Shown here: piece after piece, positions 8,300-14,548 of the stretch
Layout of the letters: each line of letters starts with the position of its first letter
Position numbering within the stretch: position 1 is the stretch's first letter
Virus record (IMG/VR): IMGVR_UViG_3300046813_000065
Location: 1-36,468 of that record
Direction: 5' to 3' (one strand)
Source: a virus
Taxonomy: Duplodnaviria; Caudoviricetes
Length of the DNA: 36,468 nt
The notes under the pieces: model-generated
What the model saw: the letters and a program-made list of their open reading frames with translations, nothing else
Database searches by the model: none
What the model was told of the DNA's origin: nothing
Position numbers and translations under genes: made by a program

Positions 8300-9309
8300 G
8301 GTGCCTCCCTGGTCTTCGCCGGGATGAGCTTGTCGACCGTGCTCTCGACCGTGCAGTCCCGCGCGACCTCCGGGTACCGTTCGCGGACCAGCGCGGCACT
8401 GACCCGCCGCTCGGTGTACACGCTGCGGGTGAGGATCCGCGCGCCGGCCGGGTCCACCGCGTACCGACCGCCGGCGAGGCGGTCCCGGATCTGGTTGGCG
8501 GCCTCGTCCTTGCGCCGCCCGGCCGCGTCGCCGGCCTTGCACGCGGCCCGGTACCGCCTCGCCAGGCCGGCCGGGATCCGGGTTTCCCGGTCCTCCAGCC
8601 CGGGGTTGAGGACGCGCAGCGCGGCCGTGGTAGCCCGCCGCCAGTCGATCTCCGGCGGCTTCCCCCTCTCGATACGGCGCAGGAACGCCAGCGCCGCCGT
8701 CCGCATGACCTCCAGATCGGCGGCGGCCCCGGCGTCCATCTCAAAGTCGTAACACCGCAGCTCCCCCGACGGCAGGAACAGGCAGGCGATGGCCCCGGCC
8801 GGGACGCCGAGGACGTCCATCTGCCACAGGACCTGGCAGCGGTAGCAGACCGGCACTATGTCGGAGCCGTCGTCGCCCCACCCGTCGCGGCTGGCGGAGG
8901 TCTTGAGCTCCAGCGCAGCCAGATTCTCGATGTCGAACACCCCGTCACGCTCGACGACGCCCAGGCTGGCGTCGTCTTGCACCAGCCGGTCCGGGGTGGC
9001 CATCTGCCATGGCCGCTGCGGGTGGGCATACAGGTCCCGGCCGTCCCCGCTGACGGTGAGGTGCGGGAACCGCTCCAGGTACCGGGCCGCCACGTACGGC
9101 TCCATGAACCGGCGCAGGCTGTACAGGTCGGTGTCCTCATCCTCGGGGAGTTCCCCGGTCTTCTGATGGTAGAGCTGGTAGGCGCTTCCCCAGCGCGGCG
9201 GTGCGAGCCCCATGATCACGGCGATCTCGGAGGCGGTGACCCCGCCGCGGCGGGCGGCGAGCCATTCCCCGCGCGGCGCGGTGCCCGGCAGCACCAGGAC
9301 GCCGCTCAC
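8296..9309 (-). CDS. YqaJ/RecE-like lambda-type exonuclease
   Basis: EWLAARRGGVTASEIA, ATPDRLV, LELKT and YRCQVLWQMDV motifs; one small gene upstream of recT. Confidence 0.92.
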   Translation of the reverse strand: MSGVLVLPGTAPRGEWLAARRGGVTASEIAVIMGLAPPRWGSAYQLYHQKTGELPEDEDTDLYSLRRFMEPYVAARYLERFPHLTVSGDGRDLYAHPQRPWQMATPDRLVQDDASLGVVERDGVFDIENLAALELKTSASRDGWGDDGSDIVPVCYRCQVLWQMDVLGVPAGAIACLFLPSGELRCYDFEMDAGAAADLEVMRTAALAFLRRIERGKPPEIDWRRATTAALRVLNPGLEDRETRIPAGLARRYRAACKAGDAAGRRKDEAANQIRDRLAGGRYAVDPAGARILTRSVYTERRVSAALVRERYPEVARDCTVESTVDKLIPAKTREAP

Positions 9310-9467
9310 GGCTTTTCCCGCTGTGCGTCGTCCTGGCCGTCTGCGTAGCCGCGCGCGTAGCCGCGGCGGCCTGCGTATGCCATGAAGGCCGCCGTCTCCG
9401 CCATGATCAGCACGGCGTAGCCGCCGATGAGAACCCAGGGATGCGCCAGCATCCAGAGGCCGGTCAT
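9306..9467 (-). CDS. Small membrane protein
   Basis: MTGLWMLAHPWVLIGGYAVLIMAE...GYARGYADG; coupled overlaps. Confidence 0.65.
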   Translation of the reverse strand: MTGLWMLAHPWVLIGGYAVLIMAETAAFMAYAGRRGYARGYADGQDDAQREKP

Positions 9468-9775
9468 GGCGGCGGCTCCGCAGGTGGCTGCGACCGCTGC
9501 CATGCGGCCAGCGCCGCCTGCTCCAGCATCAGCCGGTAATGAGCCCGGCCGCGGGCCAGGGCCGCGGCCCGGGCCGCGGCCCTGGCCAGGAGCCCGGGCC
9601 GGGTCCCACCGAGGGCGGCGGCGATCCGCCCGGCCCGCGCCGAGGACCTCGGCGGCAGCAGCTCCCCGCGGGCGCCGAGGACGCGGCGCATCCGCCGTTC
9701 CGCGCCGCTGCCGCCGCGGCCGAGGTCGCGGAGCCACTGCTCATGCGCGGCGTTCCCGCGGTCATAGCTACGCAT
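9464..9775 (-). CDS. Hypothetical Ala/Arg-rich protein
   Basis: GGAGGAGG RBS before ATG 9775; stop overlaps the next start. Confidence 0.55.
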   Translation of the reverse strand: MRSYDRGNAAHEQWLRDLGRGGSGAERRMRRVLGARGELLPPRSSARAGRIAAALGGTRPGLLARAAARAAALARGRAHYRLMLEQAALAAWQRSQPPAEPPP

Positions 9776-10289
9776 CGCCGGCCTCCTCCGCTGGGCCCAG
9801 CTCGTTGCCCGGGGCCGCGTCCTGCATGCGGGCCGCGGCCCGCAGCCCATCCGTCAGCCCATCGTGGTGACATCCGCCACTGCGCAGGCAGTCCGCGAAC
9901 GTGGGATAACGCGCTGGTTTGCGCATGACTTTGGCCTGGGCGCCCAGGCCCGCGCGGAGCGTGGCCCTGATCTCGTCCTCGGTCATCCGGTCGTGCAGCC
10001 GCAGGAGGGCGTTCACCATCTCGCGGTGCGCCTGCTCGGCGCGGGCGGCCAGGGCCCAGCACCAGTCGGCCATGTGCCGCAGGTAGTGGATCTCGTTCCC
10101 GTGCTCGGCGCAGTCCTTCGCGGCTTCCATGGCCCGCCGCTCGCGGCGGTCGCCGTCCACAATGAGATGGCCGTTGCCGGCCTCAAGCTGCCTGATGCGC
10201 CGTCGCATATCCTCCGCGTCTGCGCCGCATGACGGGCATTCACCGCCCATGTAGGAGTTCGCGCCTATCAGATGGCTGCGGCCGGTCAT
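9768..10289 (-). CDS. Hypothetical protein (CxxC plus coiled coil)
   Basis: Coupled in the operon; GC3-rich codons. Confidence 0.65.
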   Translation of the reverse strand: MTGRSHLIGANSYMGGECPSCGADAEDMRRRIRQLEAGNGHLIVDGDRRERRAMEAAKDCAEHGNEIHYLRHMADWCWALAARAEQAHREMVNALLRLHDRMTEDEIRATLRAGLGAQAKVMRKPARYPTFADCLRSGGCHHDGLTDGLRAAARMQDAAPGNELGPAEEAGDA

Positions 10290-10504
10290 GGCGCGTCACC
10301 GCCGTCCGCGCCGTCATGGGCCGGGGCCGGCCCCGCGCATTCACGGTGGCATCCGCGCGCGCGGTCGTTCCAGCCGTCGGCCCATCCCCGGTCATACCCC
10401 AGGCGGTGCGCCCACAGCACGGACGCCCACACCACGCCGGCCGTCACAGCGCCGTAGACGCTGAGGACGGCCCAGAAATTGCTGAGGAGCCACAACACGG
10501 TCAC
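10286..10504 (-). CDS. Small membrane protein
   Basis: Hydrophobic N-terminus followed by GYDRGWADG; GGAGG RBS. Confidence 0.65.
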   Translation of the reverse strand: MTVLWLLSNFWAVLSVYGAVTAGVVWASVLWAHRLGYDRGWADGWNDRARGCHRECAGPAPAHDGADGGDAP

Positions 10505-10791
10505 GATTCCTCCCCCGGCGCGCTGCCGTCTGGGCCGGTCCCGATGTGGTCCTCATGCTCGTGGCTCTCGGTGCGATAGGGGCCTGTGGGGGTGGCGGCG
10601 GTGTCGGACCAGGCCTGGTAGTCCGTCCACGGCAGGCACACGCCGTTGGGGCGGGTCCGCAGCGCGGTGGCGACGGCGAGGGCCAGCGTCGCATGCACCT
10701 GCGCCTTGGCTGTGATCGGTTCCCAGTCGATTGCCTCGGCGGCCTGGATCAGGAGGTTCTCGGCTGCGCGGTAGTGCTCGGGGCCGGTCAC
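10501..10791 (-). CDS. Conserved actinophage hypothetical protein
   Basis: MTGPEHYRAAENLL...AQVHATLALAVATA motif. Confidence 0.75.
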   Translation of the reverse strand: MTGPEHYRAAENLLIQAAEAIDWEPITAKAQVHATLALAVATALRTRPNGVCLPWTDYQAWSDTAATPTGPYRTESHEHEDHIGTGPDGSAPGEES

Positions 10792-10829
10792 CGCCGGCCC
10801 TGCAGGCCAGGCGTTTTGGTGGTGTACAT
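10788..10829 (-). CDS. Putative 13-aa leaderless leader peptide MYTTKTPGLQGRR
   Basis: ATG lies 7 nt downstream of the -10 TACAGT. Its TGA overlaps the GTG of the next gene (GTGA). Confidence 0.55.
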   Translation of the reverse strand: MYTTKTPGLQGRR

Positions 10830-10883
10830 GACAAGAACTGTAGACGTCTTGCGGTTTTTGCGCAATGTCGTTAGATTCTGCGT
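10830..10883. promoter_or_regulatory. Overlapping divergent leaderless promoters
   Basis: Plus strand: TTGCGG(10849)-N17-TAGATT(10872)-N6-ATG10884. Minus strand: TTGCGC(10865-10860)-N17-TACAGT(10842-10837)-N7-ATG10829. TTGCGCAA palindrome at 10858-10865. Confidence 0.8.
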
Positions 10884-11114
10884 ATGAGTTACCGAGAGCA
10901 TGTCGCCATGGCGATCCGTGTCGAGCTGGCCCGCCAGGACCGGAGCCGGGGCTGGCTGGCGGCCGCGGCCGGGCTGTCGTGGCTGCAGCTCAGCAACCGG
11001 TTGTCTGGGCGGTCGGGGTGGCGTGACGATGAGCTTGCGCGGGTGTCGGCGGCGCTGGGCGTGGCTGAGTCGGCGCTGACTGGGGCGCGGCGGGAGGTGG
11101 CCGGCAATGAGTGA
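10884..11114 (+). CDS. Cro/Xre-family HTH regulator (paralog of 5305..5547)
   Basis: IRVELARQDRSRGWLAAAAGLSWLQLSNRLSG. Confidence 0.85.
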   Translation: MSYREHVAMAIRVELARQDRSRGWLAAAAGLSWLQLSNRLSGRSGWRDDELARVSAALGVAESALTGARREVAGNE

Positions 11115-11415
11115 GCCGCCGCCGCGCCGCGCGCGGGTCCGCCTCACGGGCGAATGGGACGCGCCTACCGCGGTCCTCATGGCCGAGTTCCGCAACGCCT
11201 GCCCGCCCGGCACCGACCTCGACCTGTTAGCTGAGGCGCTCGCCGACGACCTTGAGGCCAAAGCCCCGGCGCTGGTCACGGCCGCCACATGCGCGGCGCT
11301 GGCGCGCGCTTCGGCTGACCTGCAGTCCCTCGGCGTACTGGGTTACGCGCCGCAGGAAATCCTCGCCGTGCTCGGGTTCGCGGCAGCGAAACTGGAAATG
11401 CGCTGCCATGAATGA
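11107..11415 (+). CDS. Hypothetical protein
   Basis: GGAGG RBS; overlaps the HTH stop. Confidence 0.65.
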   Translation: MSEPPPRRARVRLTGEWDAPTAVLMAEFRNACPPGTDLDLLAEALADDLEAKAPALVTAATCAALARASADLQSLGVLGYAPQEILAVLGFAAAKLEMRCHE

Positions 11416-11518
11416 GCGTGGCCCGCACGAGTTCCGGCCATGCCCGGCATGCACCTACTGCGCCTACTGCGTTACCTGCGGCGAAACGGAAGAGGATGGC
11501 GACCACCATGCTGAGTGA
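11408..11518 (+). CDS. 36-aa Cys/His-rich peptide
   Basis: MNERGPHEFRPCPACTYCAYCVTCGETEEDGDHHAE fills the gap, overlapping both neighbours. Confidence 0.5.
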   Translation: MNERGPHEFRPCPACTYCAYCVTCGETEEDGDHHAE

Positions 11519-12026
11519 GCGGTTCGTGATCGGATACGCCCTGCTGGGCCTCGGCGCGGGTACCTGCGCCTGGCTCGCGGCCCGCTGGCATTCCCGCCGC
11601 GCGGGCGACGAGGCTGACGCCGTGGAAGCGCAGGCGCGGTGGCAGGACATCGGCGCCAGCATCGCCGGGGACGCGGCGCCTGGCCCGGTGCCCGCGGCCG
11701 ACGACCGGGTCCGCCGGGCGCTGGGGTGGCTGAGCGTGGCGGCGCAGGCCCCGGCGGGCGACGACCGGGCGATGGTGCGGGTGCTGGCGCGGATGCTGCG
11801 GACGCCGGGGGGGCTGCTCCCGGCGCCGGTGCCGCGGCGGGTGCCGTTGCGGGTGCCGCGGGTGCGGCGGGCGAGCGTGACGGCGTCGGCGGCGGCGCGG
11901 GTGCATGCGTATTATGCGGGGCCGGGCAGGTTGCAGGGCGCGGTGTGGGTCACGGGCGGTGTGGCGGTGGGTGAGCTGCTGGGCGCCCTGGCGGTGCTGC
12001 AGCGCGTCTCAGGGGGCGCGCCGTGA
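11508..12026 (+). CDS. Hypothetical membrane protein
   Basis: N-terminal hydrophobic stretch FVIGYALLGLGAGTCAWLAA; GTGA coupling to the next gene. Confidence 0.55.
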   Translation: MLSERFVIGYALLGLGAGTCAWLAARWHSRRAGDEADAVEAQARWQDIGASIAGDAAPGPVPAADDRVRRALGWLSVAAQAPAGDDRAMVRVLARMLRTPGGLLPAPVPRRVPLRVPRVRRASVTASAAARVHAYYAGPGRLQGAVWVTGGVAVGELLGALAVLQRVSGGAP

Positions 12027-12216
12027 GCGGAAACCGGTCGCAGGCCGAGGCGGCCTTCCTCGCCGCGTCCGCCGCCGTGTGGCGCGAGATCGACCGCCTG
12101 AGCGCGCAGCCGGGCGGCTACCAGGGTTTCCCAGGCGAGTCGATCGCGCTGCGTCACGCCGAGCGGCAGGCGTGGGAACGCTACCGCAGCAGCCTGGAGG
12201 CCAAGCGGCGGCCTGA
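12023..12216 (+). CDS. Small hypothetical protein; as sequenced it reads in frame into the DUF6948 gene
   Basis: MSGNRSQAEAAFLAASAAVWREIDRLS...; one extra G at about 12205 would end it ...EAKAAA* at TGA 12214-12216, just before the next RBS. Confidence 0.5.
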
Positions 12217-12232
12217 CGAAAGGATAGGACCG

Positions 12233-12541
12233 ATGGGACAATATGTGATCGCCCGCAGCGCGGACGCGGGCGTGTTCGCCGGAGAACTGGTCGCCCCGGT
12301 CACCGAACTCGGTGACGGGACACCGCTGACGAGCGTTACCCTCGCACATGCCCGGCGGCTGTGGTACTGGGCTGGCGCGGCCACCCTCTCCCAGCTCGCG
12401 GTCTCCGGCACGTCGAAGCCGGCTGACTGCAAATTCCCGCCCGAGGTCACGACGATCGTCGTGATGGGCGTGTGCGAGGTGCTCGCGGTGACGGATGCCG
12501 CATGGGCGAGCATCGCGGAAGTGCCCGCATGGCTGGCATAG
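12233..12541 (+). CDS. DUF6948-like phage protein
   Basis: YVIARSADAGVFAGEL...LAHARRLWYWAGAATLSQLAVSG...CKFP...SIAEVPAW, recognised by motif. AAAGGA RBS before ATG 12233. Confidence 0.75.
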   Translation: MGQYVIARSADAGVFAGELVAPVTELGDGTPLTSVTLAHARRLWYWAGAATLSQLAVSGTSKPADCKFPPEVTTIVVMGVCEVLAVTDAAWASIAEVPAWLA

Positions 12542-12933
12542 GCGCAGTCGGCTACGGCACCGGCTACGGCTTCGGCTCCGGCTACGGCACCGGCTCCGGC
12601 GACGGCTACAGCACCGGCTCCGGCTACGGCTACGGCACCGGCTCCGGTTCCGGCTACGGCACCGGCTACGGCACCGGCTCCGGCGACGGCGACGGCACCG
12701 GCTCCGGTTCCGGTTCCGGCCATGGCGACGGCGACGGCTCCGGCGGCGGCTCCGGATACGGCGACGGCTACAGCACCGGCTCCGGCTACGGATACGGCTC
12801 CGGCTCCGGCTACGGCACCGGCTACGGCTACGGCGGCGGCTACGGCACCGGCTACGGCTACGGCACCGGCTACGGCTACGGCGGCGGCTACGGCACCGGC
12901 TACGGCTACGGCGGCGGCTACGGCGGCGGCTAG
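12529..12933 (+). CDS. Glycine-rich (Gly-X)n repeat protein (134 aa)
   Basis: ATG overlaps the end of the DUF6948 gene. GYGTGYGFGSGYGTGSGDG... uses preferred GGC/TAC/ACC/TCC codons. Confidence 0.75.
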   Translation: MAGIGAVGYGTGYGFGSGYGTGSGDGYSTGSGYGYGTGSGSGYGTGYGTGSGDGDGTGSGSGSGHGDGDGSGGGSGYGDGYSTGSGYGYGSGSGYGTGYGYGGGYGTGYGYGTGYGYGGGYGTGYGYGGGYGGG

Positions 12934-13029
12934 CCGCCCCGGGGAATGGCGGCCATCCGCGCAGGCTGGCGCGGATCACGCGCAGCGCGGGAGATCATCA
13001 GGCAAGCAGCGCGCACGGAAGGCACAGAG

Positions 13030-13209
13030 CTACAGCCTCCGGCTAGCCGGGACCGGAGCCGCCACATGGGCAGCCCGGTACTCCGCGAGGGCCTGGCGCA
13101 GGATCGCGCGCACCGGCTGCCCGGTGGCCCCGGCGTGGGCGTACAGCCACGCCCGCTCCTCCTCCGGCAGGCGGAGGGAGAGCGGGCGCCGGCGGTGCCG
13201 GTCAGCCAT
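13030..13209 (-). CDS. Ribbon-helix-helix (CopG/Arc-like) DNA-binding protein
   Basis: PLSLRLPEEERAWLYAHAGATGQPVRAILRQALAEY. Confidence 0.8.
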   Translation of the reverse strand: MADRHRRRPLSLRLPEEERAWLYAHAGATGQPVRAILRQALAEYRAAHVAAPVPASRRL

Positions 13210-13489
13210 CCCGGCGCCCCCAGGGGCAGGCGTCTGCATCGGATCCCAGGTGCGTGTACCGGGGTGCCCCGCCGGTGGGAGATTCCACGCGGTACCGTGG
13301 CTCGCCGCAGTGCTCGCAGGGCGCGTTCTCGCCCAGCCCATCCGGGTCATCGGCGCCCAGCGCGCGCAGCGCCTCATCTTCCGCCGCGGCATATTCCGCG
13401 GCCTCAGCGGGCGTGACGTAGGTGTCACCCACGAGGATGGCATCGTCGCCGTTGTAATGCTTGTTTCCGTAGCGATCTGTGCTGCTCAT
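13202..13489 (-). CDS. Hypothetical acidic protein with CxxC...H...C motif
   Basis: GGGAGG RBS and its own promoter; PCEHCGEP...YTH...CPW. Confidence 0.7.
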   Translation of the reverse strand: MSSTDRYGNKHYNGDDAILVGDTYVTPAEAAEYAAAEDEALRALGADDPDGLGENAPCEHCGEPRYRVESPTGGAPRYTHLGSDADACPWGRRDG

Positions 13490-13503
13490 TCCGGGCCTCC
13501 CTG

Positions 13504-13546
13504 TTGTGGTAGCTCCACACTACCTTGTGGAGCTACCACAAGTCAA
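13504..13546 (-). promoter_or_regulatory. Promoter overlapped by a perfect 16-bp inverted repeat (operator)
   Basis: TTGTGGTAGCTCCACA (13504-13519), N6, TGTGGAGCTACCACAA (13526-13541). TTGACT-N18-TAGTGT on the minus strand. Confidence 0.8.
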
Positions 13547-13591
13547 GGCCGCGGACGCGACCGCCTGGTAGGTCTTGCATGTACGGCTATC

Positions 13592-13621
13592 TTGACGCGC
13601 GCCGCGCGTACGATACATACT
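13592..13621 (+). promoter_or_regulatory. Putative sigma-A/HrdB-type promoter
   Basis: TTGACG-N18-CATACT upstream of the gene at 13676. Confidence 0.55.
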
Positions 13622-13675
13622 GTTGGCAGTCCCCGGCTGGAGATTCAGCCACCGGAGAACGAGGAAAGGGCAGCG

Positions 13676-13957
13676 ATGATGGTCGACGGCCACGCATTCA
13701 AGATCAACCCGGATAGCACGCTCACCTACCGCGGCCAGGTTTACCCGCTGGCCGGCGCGCGTGCCACCTGTGCCGAGACGCGGCGGGGCATCCCGCTCCT
13801 GAGCCGCCGCACCGTTCACACGCTCACCGTCGAGGGTCCCGGTTTCCATGTCAGCGGCCACGTGCGGATCTTGTTCCCCAGGTTCCGCAACCAGGGCCGC
13901 ATCATGCGTCGGCTAGCGGGTGAGATCAACTCGCGGGGCTACGTGTACCCGATCTAG
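13676..13957 (+). CDS. Moron-like hypothetical protein (93 aa)
   Basis: Own promoter and GAGGAAAGGG RBS; YPLAGARAT...LTVEGPGF...LAGEIN. Confidence 0.7.
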   Translation: MMVDGHAFKINPDSTLTYRGQVYPLAGARATCAETRRGIPLLSRRTVHTLTVEGPGFHVSGHVRILFPRFRNQGRIMRRLAGEINSRGYVYPI

Positions 13958-13967
13958 ATCGGGTACA
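13944..13967. repeat. Perfect 24-bp palindrome at the convergent stop codons
   Basis: TGTACCCGATCT|AGATCGGGTACA. Confidence 0.95.
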
Positions 13968-14532
13968 GCGATCCGGCCAGGGTCCGGGCCACGTTCGCGG
14001 TCGATGCAGCGGACCAGGTCGCGGTCACGGTCAGCTTGAGCACGCTGGTGATATCGGCGGTCTTGGCGCCGGCTGTGGAGACGATGAATTGGTGCTGCGC
14101 CGCGGCGCCGGAGGTGATCTGGTCGATGCTGGTCATCCGCGCCACGTATGGCGCGGCCGCGCCGGTGCCGGTGAAGTACAGCCAGCCGTCGAGGTCCCAG
14201 CCGAGGCCGGTGCTCGAACCGGCGCGCTCGTTAATGTACGTGGCGGATCCCAACATCAGGCCGTCGGCTGTCGTCCCGGCGGTGCCGAGCCGGATTTGGA
14301 AGCCGATGGTGGGGGGGCCGGTGCCGTTGGAGTCGGCGGAGCCGCAGATCCGCCATTGCAGGCCCTGCCCGGTCGCGGTGATCGTGTTCGCCGGGATGGT
14401 AAAGGTGCCGATCACTGTTTCGGCTGCGCTGTTGCTCACGCTGCCGGTCACCAGCGGCGCCAGGGTGACGGGGAGGGCATTCAGCAGCGCCGCGGTGATC
14501 CGCTGCCCTGCGGTGACCGGGACTGCTCCCAT
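13954..14532 (-). CDS. Minor tail / receptor-binding candidate
   Basis: N-terminal AGQRITAALLN motif typical of actinophage distal tail proteins; last gene of the tail operon; rich in Thr/Gly beta strands. Confidence 0.7.
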   Translation of the reverse strand: MGAVPVTAGQRITAALLNALPVTLAPLVTGSVSNSAAETVIGTFTIPANTITATGQGLQWRICGSADSNGTGPPTIGFQIRLGTAGTTADGLMLGSATYINERAGSSTGLGWDLDGWLYFTGTGAAAPYVARMTSIDQITSGAAAQHQFIVSTAGAKTADITSVLKLTVTATWSAASTANVARTLAGSLYPI

Positions 14533-14548
14533 GGTGCCCTGCCTCCGT

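Noticed and set aside
6867-8744. 625-aa RecT as listed in the ORF track
   Set aside because: The N-terminal 205 aa overlap the exonuclease and zinc-finger genes in other frames. RBS and coupling support ATG 8129.
9541-9620. GC-rich short repeats (gggccgcggccc)
   Set aside because: Low-complexity coding for ARAAARAAALA, with no regular unit.
12541-12930. CRISPR array, DGR template or ice-nucleation protein
   Set aside because: There is no repeat-spacer structure, no reverse transcriptase and no adenine-variant duplicate. It lacks the 16-residue AGYGSTxTA period and the size of ice-nucleation proteins.
11912-13046. Long Arg-rich or Ala/Thr/Pro-rich ORFs (11912..12979-, 12495..13046+, 12181..12723-, 5' part of 12722..13957+)
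   Set aside because: These are shadow frames of the stop-free Gly repeat. Only the Gly frame has preferred codons and a coupled start.
12946-13416. Plus-strand ORF after the Gly-rich gene
   Set aside because: Mostly antisense to the well-supported RHH cassette, with no recognisable motif.
13944-13967. Protelomerase (telRL) site of a linear plasmid prophage
   Set aside because: No protelomerase gene was recognised and the palindrome is short. Kept only as an unexplained palindrome.
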